A stretch of DNA of 64,000 bases from Vicugna vicugna (GCA_013265495.1 MU058584.1:7964407-8028406); one strand, 5' to 3'; positions 50,570 through 64,000 are shown, numbered from the stretch's first letter. A program made the numbers and translations. The notes: generated from the sequence alone by a model not told the origin.

Positions 50570-53500
50570 ACACACATATACATACTGCATCTTCTTAAGC
50601 AAATAGTCTGTTGATATGCACTTGGGTTGTTTCCATGTCTTGGCTATGTAAATAGTGCTGCTATGAACAGTGGGGTATGTGTATCTTTTGGATTAGAGTT
50701 TTCATCTTTTCTGTATACATAGCCAGGAGTGGGATTGCTGGATTATATGGTAGCTCTATTGTAACTTTTTTTAAGAACCTCCACACTGTTGTCCATAGTG
50801 GCTGCACCAATTTACATTCCACCAACAATCTACAAGGGTTCTCTTTTCTCCACACTCTCTCCAGCATTTATTTTTTGTAGACTTTTGATGATAGCCATTC
50901 TGACCAAAGTGAGGTGATAACTCATTGTAGTTTTGATTTGCATATCTCTGATAATTAGCATCAGAGCATCTTTTCATGTGCCTATAGGCCATCTGTGTAT
51001 CTTCTTTGGAGAAATGTCTGTTTAGGTCTTCTGCCCATTTTTTGATTGGGTTGTTTGTTTATTTTTTTGATTGGGTTGTTTGTTTATTTTTTTGATATGA
51101 GCATATTATCTGCTTTTATATTTTGGCTATTAACCCCCTGTGAGGGTTCATATAATTTGCAAATGTATTCTCCCAGTCTGTAGGTTGTCTTCATTTTGTT
51201 TGTGATTTCCTTGCTGTGCAAAAGTTTTTAAGTTTGATTAGAATCCACTTCTTTATTTTTGCTTTTACTTCTATTACCATGAGAAACTGATCTAAGAAAA
51301 TATTGCTACAAGTTATGTCAGAAAATTTTGGTTATGTTCTTTTCTAGGAGATTTATGGTATTATGTCTTATATTTAGGTCTTTAAACCATTCTGAGTTTA
51401 TCTTTGTATATGGTGTGGAGTGTTCTAATTTTATTGATTTACGTGCAGCTGTTCAGCTTTCCCAACGCCACTTCCTAGATGGTATATTGTTGGCTTTTTT
51501 GTCATAGATTAATTGACTGTAGGTGTGTGGATTTATTTCTGGACTCCCTATACTGTTCCATTGATCTCTATGCCTGTTTCTCTACCAATACCAAATTCTT
51601 TTGATTACTGTAGCTCTGTAGTATAGCCTGACATCTGGAAGGGTTTTGCCTCCAGCTTTGTTCTTCTTTCTCAAGATTGTTTTGACAATTTTGGGCCATT
51701 TTTGGTTTCATATAAATTTTAGGATTATTTGTTCTAGTTCTATGAAAAATGTCATGGGTATTTTGATAGGGATTGCATTAAACCTGTAGGTTTCTTTGGG
51801 TAGTATGGCTATTTTAACAATATTCTTCCAATCTAAAAGCATGGGATATTTTTCCATTTCTTTGAATCATCTTCAGTTTCCTTTATCAATGTTTTATAGT
51901 TTTCATCATATAGGTCTTTCACCTCCTTGGTTCCTCTTATTCATAGGCATTTATTTTTTTGAGCTATTTTAAGCAGAATTTTAAAAATTCTCTTCTGTAT
52001 TTCATTGTTAGTGTAAAGAAATGCAATAGATCTCTGTATAGTAATCTTGTATCCTCCTCCCTTGCTGAATTCATTTATTCTAATAGTTTTTGTGTGAGTA
52101 TATATAATACTCAATATAGAGTATCATGTCATCTGCATATAGTGGTAGTTTTACCAATTCCTTTCCAATTTGGTTACCTTTTATTTCTTTGTCTGATTGC
52201 TGTGGCTAGGACTCCCAATACTATGTTGAATAGAAGTGGTGAGAATGGGCATCTTTGTATTGTTCCTGAATTTAGCAGGAAGGCTTTCAGCTTTTTACGA
52301 TTGAGTATTATGTTGGCTGTGGGTTTGTTGTAAATGCCTTTTGAGATGTTTCTTCTATACCCACTTTGGTGAGTGTTGTTTTTTTTTTTTTAATCATGAA
52401 TGAGTATTGAATTTTATCAAATCTTTTTTCTGCATCTATTGAGATGATCATGTGTCTTTTGTCTTTACTTTTGTTAATGTGGTGTATCACACTGATTGAT
52501 TTGCATACCCTGAACCATCCTCGAGACCCTGGAATGAATCCTCCTTGATCATGGTGTATGATCCTTTTCATGTATTGTTGAATCCAATTTGCTAATATTT
52601 TCTTGAGGATTTTTGCATCTGTATTTATCAAAGATATTGGCCTGTAATTTTCACTTTTTTGTGTGTGTCTTTGTCTGGTTTTGATATCAGGGTGATAGTG
52701 GCTACCTATAATGAATTTGAGAGTGTTCCCTCCTCTTCCAGTTTCTGGAATAGTTTGGGAAGAATGAGTTCTTTGTATGTTTGGTTGAATTCCCCAGTGA
52801 AGTCACCCAGTCCTAGACATTTCTTTGGAGGGAGTTTTGTAGGTTTTTTTTTTTTTTTTTCATTACAGATTCTATTTCACTTGTAGTGATCAGTCTGATC
52901 AAATTATCTGTTTCTTCTTGACTCCATTTTGACAGGAGTTCTATGAAACATTTATGTTTCTAGAAACTTGTCCATTTCTTCTAGGTTGTCCAATTTTTTT
53001 GACACATAATTGTTTATAGTATATCATGTTATTTTTTATATTTCTGTAATATCAGTTATTATTTCTCCTCTTTCATATCTTATTACATTTATGTTTTATT
53101 TTGTTCTCAGCCTGGCAAAAGGTTTCTTGATTTTGTTTCTTGTTAAAAAAAAAACAAAAGACAAACAGCTTTTAGTTTTACTGATCTTTTCTATTTTTTA
53201 AATTTCTATTTTATTTCTTCTCTAATCTTTATTATTTCCTCTGTCTGCTGACTTTGAGTTTTATTCTTATTCTAATTCTTTTAGATGATAGGTTAGGTTG
53301 TTTATTTGATATTTTTCTTGTTTTTTGAGGAAGGCTTACGTTCCTATGAACTTCCTTCTTAGCACTGCTTTTGCTGCATTCCATAGAGTTTGTAAGGCTG
53401 TATTTTCATTTTCATTTGTCTCAAGATATTTTCTGATTTCTTCTTTGATTTCATCATTGATCCATTAGTTTTTTAGTAGCATGTTGTTTACTTTCCATAT

Positions 53501-53682
53501 GTTTGTTCTTTTTCCATTTTCCACCTTCCTATGGTTGATTTCTAGTTTCATATCACTGTGGTAAAAAAAAAATGCTTAAAATAATTTCTATTCTTTTGAA
53601 TTTGTTGAGGGTTGTTTTGTGGCCTAATATGTGGTCTAGCCTAGAGATTGTTCCGTGTGTGCTGGAAACGGATGTTTATTCT

Positions 53683-53716
<34 letters not shown>

Positions 53717-53745
53717 GTAGTGTCTTTAGGTATCAGTTAAATCCA

Positions 53746-53797
53746 ACAACTGGTGTATTGTGTCATTTAGGACAACTGGTGTACTGTGTCATTTAGG
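53746..53797. repeat. 26-bp tandem duplication inside L1, near a ~30-nt poly-T
   Basis: acaactggtgta(t/c)tgtgtcatttagg twice. Confidence 0.9.
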
Positions 53798-56700
53798 ATA
53801 TCTGTTGCCTGATTTTCTGTTTGTATGATCTGTCCATTGGTGTCAGTGGGATGTTAAAGTCTCCTACTATTATTATATTACTGTCACTTTCTCCCTTTCT
53901 GTCTGTTAGTGTTTGTTTTATATATTTATGTGCTCCTATGTTGGGTGCATACATGCTGAGTGTAATATCCTCTCTTGTATTGATCCCTTTATCAGTGTAT
54001 AATGTCCTTCTTTTTCTTTCTTTATGGTTTTAAAAAAAGGTCTGTTTTGTCTTATAGAAGAATTACTACCACTGCTTTCTTGTCACTTCCATTTACATAG
54101 AATATCTTTTTCCATCTTCTCACTTTTACTCTGTGTGTCTTTCATCCTGAAATGAGTCTTGTAGGCAGTATGTTGTAGGTTCTTTTTTTTTTTAATGTAC
54201 TCTGCCACTGTGTCTTTTGATTGAAGCATTTAGTCCATCGACATTTAAAGTAATTATTGATGGGTATGTACTTATTGCCACCTTAAACCTTGTTTTCCAG
54301 TTGCTTTTGTTTTCAGTTGCTTTCTTTCTGTTTTTCCTTTTTTAATTTGATACTTTTCTTTTACAGTATGCTTGAATTCCTTTCTTTTTGATTTTTGTGA
54401 ATCTGTTGTATTTTTTTATTTGTGATTATCCTCGTGTTTAAGTATATTGACCCATAACTATATATACTTGGTATAAACTGATGGTCATACAAATTCAAAC
54501 ACAATCTAAAAGAGCTACATTTTTATAATCCTCTCTTCCACATTTTGTGATTTTTATGTCCTATTTCACATCTTCATGCTTATCCTTTTTCTGTTCATTG
54601 TTTTTATAATCATCTTAACAAAAATTTTTGGATTGTTTTTAATCTATGTCCTGGCTCATATAAATGATCTTAAATCTTTTTATATAATTACCTTTCCTAT
54701 TGTGATTTTCCTTTTCCTACAGATTCCTGATTCTTTTCTATTTAGAAAAGATCTTTCAATATTTCTTTTAGGGTAGGTTTAGTATTGCTGAATTCTTTTA
54801 GTTTTTGCTTGGCTGAGAAATTATTTACCTCTCCTTCTATTCTAAATGATAATCTTACTTGGTAGAGTATGCTAGGCTGTACATTTTTCCCTTTCAGGAC
54901 TGAATATATCATGCCACTCCCTTCTGGCTTGCAAAGTTTCTGAAGAGAAATCAGCTGATAGCCATATGGAGATTCTCTTATAACTGACTTTGTTTTTCTC
55001 CTGCTACTTTAGAATCCTCTCTTTATCTTTAACTTCTGCCATTTTAATTATAATAAGTCTTGATGTGGGTCTGTCAGGATTCATCTCGTTTGGGACCCTC
55101 TGTGCTTGCTGGATATGTTTCCTTTATTAGATTTGGGAAGTTTTCATCCATAATTTCTCCAAATACATTTTTGTTCCCATATTTCTCTCTTCTTTTGGAA
55201 CCCCTGTTATGTGTAAGTTGGCATGCTTTATCTTATACCATAGATCTCATATGTTGCTTTCATTTTTTTGTTTTTCAATTGTGTTTCTGTCTGCTGTTCT
55301 GATTGCGTGATTTCCATTATTCTATCTTCCAGATAACTTACTTGTTCTTCGGTGTCATTTAGTGCTATTCATTGTTTTCAGATTGGTTGCTTCAGCAATT
55401 GAATTGTCTATTTTTGATTGGTTCATCTCAGTTCCTTGTTACAGTGATCTGAATTTCTGTCAATAATCTTTAATTCCTTTAACATTTTTATTATCTCCTT
55501 TTCAAACTTGGTGTCTAGTAGACTTATGAGATCTGTTTATTTGTTCAGCAGATTTCTCTTTTCTTTTAACTGAGTAGTTCTTATGTTTTTAAATTTTACT
55601 TAACATGTCTGCCTTTATGAATTTAGGGGAAACAGTTATCTACTCTGGTCTTTAAGGGGTGAATTTATCTGGAGCACACCTGTATAGACTGTAGGTCCAA
55701 TGTTTTTGATATGAAGGCTGATTTTGGTATGGATTCCAGCCATGTCTTTCCTTAGTGTGTGCTGGCCATTTTTTACTTGATAGGCAATGTGATTGTTGTT
55801 GTGGTATCCACAGCCTGTGCTGGATGTGGGGCAGGGCCTCCTCTTTGCTCTGTGGCTGTCACTGCCCTATTGGAGGTGGGCTTGTTTCCCAGTTGTTGGA
55901 GTAAAAGTCCTGAGGATCAGGTTCGGTCAGCTCTGTTGCCCTTGAGTACATGCTCTGCCCCAAAGAAGATGGCTGATGAAGCAAATGAAGTCTCAGTGGT
56001 CATAGTGAACCTATGTACTACCTGTGCAGATGTCCACAGTTCCACATAGAAGCAGCTCAAGGTCACATCCCTTTTTCCTTGTGTTCATCCCAGACTTAGT
56101 GCTAGGCTGTGATGTGCAGTAGACTGGGGCTTGGGCTGAGGTTCTGTGGCTCCAGGAATCGATGTGGCTGTGCTCCTGTCTTGGACCTGGGCTGCCTCTG
56201 TTGCACGCCTCTCCCAGCACCTGCCTGCCCCAGATCTGGCTCTAAGCTGTGGTGTGGAGTGAACAGAACTGGTGCACTCCCTCCCAAAGCAAACTTGCTA
56301 GCTACATGCTCCTGTCCAGTGCCTGTCTCCCTGAGATTCAATGCCCAGCCACTACATGTTCCTGTGGTACCAACCGATGCCTGCATTGATAATGTCTACT
56401 GCACCCCTGACCCTAGCCATGTGCATGCTGATAGTGGGGGTGCAGCTCCCCTCCCTGTGGGACCACACCCCAGACTCTCCAGGCTGTCTCCATGCAGCTG
56501 TCTACCTAAGCTTCAGCAGTTAGTATTGTACTTTCCTGTGGCCACTCCCTGGTAAGCATACCAACAATGTCTGCCCAGCTCACCATGCCACCCAGAGTGT
56601 GTGCTGACTGGTTCCATCCACTAACCCCATGCATGTGCTAACAATAGTTTCTGCAGTTTGGCCTGGATCATACTCCAGGTGCCCTGGTCTGTCTCTGTGC

Positions 56701-59700
56701 AGCTGGACTGAGTCTCTGCCTGATCTCAAACCAGGCTGTGGTGTGGAGTGAGCCGTGCTGGGATGTACACTCCTGATTGGGAAGTGCGGTGAGGTGGCAG
56801 CTGTCAGCACAAATGGCTCTCCACCTTAATTGTTAGCTAGTCACTAACACTCCTCACAAGTGCACTCCTCACAAGTGGAGTCTAGTCTTTTCCAGCCCCT
56901 CTGTCTGTCTCAGTGGATTTCCCAGCAGGGAAAGGGGGCTTCCTAGAGCAAGGGTCTATGTAGACCTTTTCTTCTTTACAGGTCCCTCCCAGGGGTGTCG
57001 GTTCCATCCTGATGCCTTTTTCCCCCTGCCCTACCTGGTTACATGGAGATCTTTCTGGCAGCTTTGATTTATAGGAGCTCTTCTGCCAGTTTCCAATTGG
57101 TTTCTGTGAAAATTATTCCACATGTAGATATATTTTTGATGTTTCTGTTGGAGGAGGTTAAGCTCAGTGTCCTCCTGCTCCACCATCTTGATCCTCCTTC
57201 CTCATTATAGTTTTAATTTGCATTTTATTGATGACTAATGCCACTGAGTATCATTTCATGTGCTTATTGGTTGTTTGTATATCTTCTTTGGAAAAATGTC
57301 TATTCATAACATTTTGTTTCAGTTATCTTTTTATTGTTGTAAGAGTTCTTTATATATACTGGATTCAAATTCCTTATTAAATAATTGCATTTTTTTACCA
57401 CTTTTTATTTCCTTTTCACTTTCTTGATGGTGCTTTTTAAAGCACAAATATTTTAAATTTTGATGAAGCCCACTTAATCCGTTTTTTCTTTTGTTGCTTA
57501 TGCTTTTAGAGTCGTATCTAAGAATCCATTGCCAAATTCAATGTCATAAAGATTTATCCCTTTATTTTCCTCTAAGAATTTTATCATTTAAACTATGACT
57601 TTTAGGTCTCTGGTCCATTTTGAATTAATTTTTTGAGGTAAAGATAAAATACAATTTTTTTTATGTGGATATCCAGTTGTCCCCAAATCATTTGATGAAA
57701 AAGCAATTCTTTTCTCTGTTAACTATCATGACACTTTTATCAAAAATCAGTTGACCATAAATGTAAAAGTTTATTTATGGACTCTGAAGTCTATTGCATT
57801 GATCTATATACCTATCTTAACGTCAGTATACTGTCTTGGTTATTGTGGCTTTGCAGTAAGTTTTGAAATTGTAAAACATGAGTCCTCCAACTTTGTTGTT
57901 CTTCTTGTCTTTTTTTAATGATTATTTTTGATAATTAGCTGTTTTTATTTATTTCCATCTCTGCATGAATTTCTTGAATCAAATTGTTAATTTTTGCCCC
58001 CTCCAAGTTGTATTTTTTTGATAGATATTATGGTGAATCTGTAGATTAATTTGGAAATTATTGTCCTCTTAATAGTATTAAGTCTTCTGATCCATTAACA
58101 TGGGTTGTCTTTTCATTTATTTGTCTTTTAAAAATATTTTTCAGCAGTGTTTTGCAGTTTCAATGTACAAGTCTTGCACTTCTTTTGTTAAATGTTTCTT
58201 ATATTGTTATTGATGCTATTATAAATGGAAATATTTCCTAATTTCTTTTTCAGATTGTTCATTATTTGTATATAAAAATGCAGTTGATTTTTATACATTT
58301 ATCTTATATTCTACAAATTTTCTGAATTTGTTTACAAATTATAATAGCTTTTTCAGGGATTCCTTAGGATTAGCTTTGTAGAAGATAATGTCATCTGCAA
58401 GTAGAGATAAATTTACTTCTTCCCTTCCAATCTGAATTCTTGTTATTTCTTTTTTCCCCAGTTGCCTTGAGAGAACCTCTAGTGTACTGTAGGGTAGAAG
58501 TAGTGAGAGCAGATACTTCTGTTCCTGATCATAGGACAGCCTTTTACCATTAATTATGATGTTACCTGTGCACTTTTCATAGATGGCCTTTATCAGATCA
58601 AGGAAGATCTCCTCAATGCATAGTGTGTTGAATGTTTTTAGTATGAGTGGATGTTGGATTCTGTCAGATAGTTTTTCTTCATCACTTGAAGTGATCAGCT
58701 ATCTTTTGCCTTATACTCTATTAATATGATGTATTATGTTGATTTTTGTATGCTAAACCAACTTTGCATTCCTAGGCTAGATCCAACATTACCATGGTGT
58801 GTAATTCTTCTCACTTGTTGCTGGATTTTGTTTGCTAGTATTATGTTGAGTGTTTTTGATTCTGTATTACTGAAGAATGTTGGACTGTAGTTTTCTTGTG
58901 ATGTCTCTGGTTTTGGTTTCAGTGTAACACTGGCCACATAGAATGATTTAGAAAGTACTCCTTCTTTTCTATCTTTTGGAAGCATTTGCGAATGATTGGT
59001 GTTAATTATTCCTTAAGACTTTTATAGATCTTACTAATGAAGTCATCTAAGCATGGGCTTTTTTTTTTTTTTGGAGGGAAGTTTTAAAATTAGTGATTTT
59101 AATACCTTTACTTTTTATAGTGCATTCGGATTTTCAATTTCTCTTTGAGTCAGTTTCTGTAGTTTGTATCTTTCTAAGAATTGTTTCATTTCATTTAAGT
59201 TATCTAATGTGTGGGTGTAGAGTTGTTCCCAGTATTCCCTTGATATCCTTTTATTTCTGTAAAGTTGATAGTGATGTTTTCTCTTTAATTCCTGATTTTA
59301 GTAACTTGAGTCTTGTTTCTTTTTTTCTTTGTCAGTTTATCTAAATGTTAATTTTGTTGATCTTTTCAAGAACCAGCTTTGGTTTTCACTGAGTTTTTTC
59401 CATTGTTTCTTCTGTTCTCTCTTTCATTTACTTTCATTTAATTCTTTACTATTTTCTTTCTTCTGTGTGCTTTGTATTTAATTTACTCTTTCTTTCCTAG
59501 TTTCTTAAGATGAAAGATTAGATTAGGGAATGCTTTCTTCTTTTTTAATATAGGGATTTACAGCGATAGATTTCTCCCAGGCACTGCTTCAGCTTCATTC
59601 TATAAGTGTTGGTACATTGCATTTCATTTTTATCCCAACTCAAAGTATCCTTAAATTACTTTTGTGATTTCTTTTTTGACCCATTAATTATTTAGGCAAT

Positions 59701-60974
59701 TATTGTTTAATTTTCACATTATTTTTTCAAACTCCTAGTATTGATTTCTATTTTCATTCTATTACAGTATGAAAACATACTTTGTATGATTTCAACCTGT
59801 TAAATTTATTGACACTTGTCTTATGACTTATGTTGTGTCCACAGACTGTTGCATGTATTCTGCTGTTGATGGTAGGGTGAGGGGAGGAGTGTTAATTAGA
59901 TGTTTGATTGGTCTGTTTGGTTTACAGTTTTATTCAGGTCTTCTGATTTATTGTTGTTCTCCTGTCTTGTTGCTATATGCTTTACTGAAAGGGTGGTATT
60001 GACGCCCTCAACTACTATTGTTGAATTTTCTCTCTCTCCCTTCAGTTTTGTGTGTTATGTTTTACATAGTTGTTCTGTCATTAAATGCATTGATATTTAT
60101 AATTGTTACACTTTCCTGATGAATTAACTCTCAGTACTATAAAAAGTCCTTCTTTGACTCTAATAACTTGTTTACAGAGTACATTTTGTCTGACAGTAAT
60201 ACAGCACTCCAGCTCTATTTTGGTTACTGTTTGCATGGTATATCTTTTCCCATTCCTTTACTTTCATCCTATTTGTGTATTTTAATCTAAAATGTGTCTC
60301 TTGTCCACTACATATAGTTGGTTTAATCAATTCTTCTAATATCCACCTTTCATTTGGAATGTTTAGTTCATTTACATTCACTGTAACTACTGATAAGGTA
60401 GGATTTACATTTGCCCTTTTGTTATTTGTTTTCTATGTATTTTTTTTTCTAGTGTACCATTTTAATTCCCCTGTTGTTTCTTTGATTGCATATTTTCATG
60501 TTCTTTTCTCAGAGGTTTCCCTGAGGTTTACAATTAATATCTTAGCTTAAAATAGTCTTGTTAAAACTTGCCTCAGTCTAGCTTTATCCCTTCCATCCCG
60601 CTTTGTGCTGTTATTGTCATACAAATCACATCTTTACATATCATAAGCCCACCAATACAATTTTATAATTATTGCTTTATGCAGTTGTCTTTTAAAGCAG
60701 ATAGGATAAAAAGAAAACTATAAACAAAAATACATTTCTATTTCCTTATGTACTTAACATGCTTTTTATTTCTTTGTGTGAATCCAAGTTACTATCTAGT
60801 GTCCTTTAAGTCAGCCTGAAGGATTCCCTTTACTATTTCTTACAGTGTAGATTTGATAGCAATTAATTCCCTCAGATTTTGCCTTTCTAAAAATATCTTA
60901 TTTTCTCCTTAATTTTGGAAGGAAGCTTTGCTGGGTATGGAATTCTTGTTTGAGGGTCTCTTTCCTGCAGCACT

Positions 60975-61012
60975 TTGGAAGGCAGCTATGCTCACCACTG
61001 TACCACCAACGC
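60975..61012 (-). pseudogene. Tailless retropseudogene of the tRNA-Gly(TCC) 5' half
   Basis: Minus strand reads GCGTTGGTGGTACAGTGGTGAGCATAGCTGCCTTCCAA, matching nt 1-38 of tRNA-Gly-TCC as recalled with one mismatch; TSD cct(g/a)cagcactttg at 60964-60977 and 61014-61027; no poly-A. Confidence 0.9.
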
Positions 61013-62809
61013 CCCTACAGCACTTTGAATATATTGTCCCACCACCTTTTGACTTCCATAGTTTCTGATGAAAAGCCAGTTATTAATCTCATTGCAGATA
61101 GCTTGCTTGTGATGAGTCTTTTTTTTTTTCTTGCCACTTTTGAGAGCCTCTCTTTGTCTTTTTAGAGCATGCCTATAATATGGGTAGGTGTGTATCTCTT
61201 TGAGTTTATTCTAGCTGGAGTTTGTTGAACACTTTTTATGTGTAATTGTGTTTTTCACCAAATTCAGTATGTTTTCAGTAATTCTCAAGTATTCTTTATG
61301 CCCTTTTCTCTCTATCCTCTCCTTCTGAGACTCACATTATGTGTACGTTGGTATACTTTATGGTGTCTCACAGAACTGTGTGTCCATTTTTCTCCATGCA
61401 TTTTTCTCTCTGTTCTTCAGACTGAATATCTCAGTCTCAGTTTACCTATCTTAAATTTGTAGATTCTTTTTGCTGTCAATTCATATCTGCCATCGAGTCC
61501 CTCTATTAAACATTTTATTTCTATTATTGTACTTTTAAATTCTTGAATTTCTATTTGATTCTACATCCACCCCATAACATTTATATTCTCTTTTAGTTCC
61601 TTAGATACAGTTTCCATTAATTTTTGAACATATTTATAGTAGCTTACTTGAAGTTTTTGTCTGCTAAGTCTAACATCTGGTCTTTCCTAGGGACATTTTC
61701 TATTGACTGCTGTTTTGGGGTTTGGGCCATATGTTTCTGTTTCTTTGCATGTATTTTAATTTTTGGTGAATATTGGACGATAAAACAATATATATGTGGT
61801 AATTCTGGAAATTAGATTCCCTTTCCCCTAGTTTTGTTGTTGTTGTTCCTGTTTGTTCTTGTTGCTATTTGTTGATTAACTTTCCTGGTTGAATTCTGTA
61901 AAGACTATATATTTTGTTGTGTAAAGTCACTGATGTATCTGTTTAGTTTAACGACTAGCTAAAGTTTTGGTAAAATTTTCCTTAAATTCCTTGAATCAAT
62001 AAGTCTTCTACATGTTACTGTGAGATTCTGTGTGTGTGTTGGGAGAGTACTTAAACACTCTGGAAGCTTACAACTCTGCCTTAGTGCTTTATTCCTGCTT
62101 GTGTAGAGCTTCTGGTTCAGACAGCTGAGGTGTCAGAGCTTTTTTATATCTTTCTTAGGCTTGCACATAGTCCTCAAATGTGAGCATCCTTCTAGATCCC
62201 CAAGCACAATGCTGGAGCTTCTCAGAGCCCCCTGTAGAGATCTCATTCACCAGATTTTCTTGTTTGCCCCAGCTGGTATCACTGCCACAGACCACTGCAA
62301 AGTTAAACAATTACCAGATTGTTTTCAGCAAATGCCCTGAGGATTGGGCTTTTGTTATGGAGTAAACTCTGAATCAGATCAAATAACAATAAACCTTATA
62401 GACTTTTCTAAGGAATTGCCATACAGTTCAAATAGTGATTTTTTTTTGGAGATGTGGCTTTCTGTGGAACTTTAAAACCATTCTGCTCCCTCCAGCAGTT
62501 GGTAGGTTTCTGGTTCTCATAGCTACCATGGTTCTATGATTGCTGAATTTCAAGGCTGTTTGGAGCTGAGAGAGGGCATTGGGAAGTGAATAAGTTAAAA
62601 CTGTCACAAATCTCACTGTTCTTATTGAGATTCTGCTGTTTTTCTTGAGTAACTGCCCCTGATTTTTGCACAACTTTGGTTAATTTCAAGTTCCAAAGAA
62701 GTTGGTTTTGGCATTTCCCCCCCAAATTCTCATTACTTTCTTGGAGGAGCAGATTTTTGGGTGCCCTTGCACTGGCATTCTGGAAATGTTCCCTTTTCCT
62801 GCTATTCCA

Positions 62810-63760
62810 AAGTCTTTTTTTCTTCTTATTATAGAAGAAAATTTAGAAAGTGCGTAAAAGCATGCAAAAGTCAAAAAAGAAAAGTCACCTATAAATATAA
62901 ATTCATCACCACTTTAAACATCTTTCCTTCTATATTTTATTTTATGCATTTTCATACATTTATTAATTTTTTTCTCCTGACTGGTGGTCATGCAGGGTGA
63001 GGAGTAGAAGAGAAGTTACGGGAGAGGAGGCTGTTGTACTTGATGGCTGGAGAGAAGGTAGAGTTGAGGAAGAAATAAATCGAGATTGAAAAATTCAAAA
63101 TAATTTAAGGAAAAAATTAAAATTACTAATAATTCCACCTTCCAGAAATAAATATTGGTGATATATTGTGTTGTTTTCTTCTTTGTTGTTTCTATGGCTG
63201 TATCTATAAAATATGCATCCTATAACTACACATTCACATCCATACATATGTGGACATGCAGAGACATACCTGTGTCTGTGCATGAGTATTCTTAAACAAA
63301 TTGGTATCATATGGTGAAATTATGCTTTTTCCTTATATAGTGAACATTTTCTGAATGTCTTTAAATTTATTTGGGAGCCCAATTTTCCATCAACTAGATG
63401 TATTTTAATAAGACACAGTTTTCTTGTATTAGAAAGCTATACAGTTTTTAATTTTTCAGTCTTATAAAATTGCCTCAGATTTCCTTGTGTATACTTTATA
63501 TACATCTATGATTAGCTCATTAGGATAAATTCCTAAAGTTTCCTTTTATAATTTTAAGTATTAAAACTTGTAAAACATGTTTTCAGTTCTACATAAGGAT
63601 GAATGCTGAATTGGAGAACAGAGGTATCCAAACATTTCCTCTATTCTTATCTTTTTATGTAAATATTTTATAGAACTATCCACTAGAATCAGAAAAGTAC
63701 ACAAATCATAGGACTGGTGAATTTTCACATAATGAACACAAAGTGCAACCATTGCCCATA
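62810..63760 (-). mobile_element. Ancient L1ME-like 3' fragments
   Basis: ttttattatagaagaaaatttagaa...; ttaggataaattcctaaag; gaaaagtacacaaatcatag...tgaattttcaca. Confidence 0.5.
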
Positions 63761-64000
63761 TCAAGGTGGTGATGAGGATGATGACAGTAATGATGAAAAT
63801 GCAGTACAATACTATGCTAGATGCAGTGGGAGAAAAAAGACACAGAAGAGATCTTCCTTTCATGGGCACATGTATAAATTATTAGTCATACGGGGTCCAG
63901 ACTTCCTAAGGTCAGGGGATGCTGGGTAGAGAATTTTCAGATGAGGACTGTTGCATAAAAGAAGCAAGGGAAAACCAAGCCCAAGTGCAGGTTGTGAGAG

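Larger units (their letters stand above)
50091..57199 (-). mobile_element. Full-length (~7.1 kb) decayed cetartiodactyl-type L1 nested in L1MB
   Basis: 3'UTR, ORF2 remnants (52308-52631 [17 protein letters not shown]...[11 protein letters not shown]; 50661-50867), GC-richer 5'UTR ~55700-57199 ending ctccaccatcttgatc; frameshifted throughout. Confidence 0.9.
49340..62792 (-). mobile_element. Old near-full-length L1MB-like element, split by a nested L1
   Basis: 3'UTR tttaaagtgtacagttcagtggtttttagt; resumes at ~57200; ORF2 remnants 58734-58985 (RT) and 60172-60381 (endonuclease start NVNELNIP...QETHF); 5'-end motif near 62790. Confidence 0.85.

Noticed and set aside
52308..52631. ORF with reverse-transcriptase motifs as a functional gene
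   Set aside because: Fragment of a frameshifted L1 ORF2; the same holds for 18183-18464, 24498-24872, 25252-25509, 50661-50992, 58734-58985 and 60172-60381
56109..56555. 148-aa ORF, the longest in the track
   Set aside because: Lies antisense in the GC-richer L1 5'UTR, starts at GTG and has no recognisable domain
60975..61012. Functional tRNA-Gly gene
   Set aside because: Only the 5' half is present; no T-arm/B box and no 3' acceptor strand
1..64000. Prokaryotic-type systems (operons, CRISPR arrays, defence islands)
   Set aside because: The sequence is repeat-rich, CpG-depleted mammalian DNA with no long ORFs and no repeat-spacer array

Overview
This is mammalian nuclear DNA, not prokaryotic, and very probably from a camelid: it carries two copies of a tRNA-derived SINE resembling camelid Vic-1 and several young cetartiodactyl-type L1 3' ends. 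About 60% of the window is interspersed repeat. There are two old near-full-length L1s (5.0-12.1 kb and 49.3-62.8 kb, the latter holding a nested ~7.1 kb full-length L1), five young 5'-truncated L1 insertions with target-site duplications (TSDs), two ERV1-class solo LTRs, MaLR (MLT1) and LTR16 LTRs, hAT MITEs, and MIR/L2 relics. No protein-coding gene, RNA gene or CRISPR array can be supported; the ORF track is decayed L1 ORF2 plus chance ORFs. Nearly all L1s, both young SINEs and both ERV1 LTRs lie on the minus strand, which suggests a large intron of a plus-strand gene that I cannot name. The best-supported curiosities are retrotransposition fossils: a tailless tRNA-Gly(TCC) 5'-half retropseudogene, a twin-primed L1, two L1s inserted at one target site, a scrambled four-piece L1, and a micro-inversion inside a SINE. 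Weaker observations are candidate exons and CTCF, NF-kB and IRF motifs in unique DNA. I found no support for a wholly new biological system. Repeat family names come from recalled consensus sequences and boundaries of old repeats are approximate.
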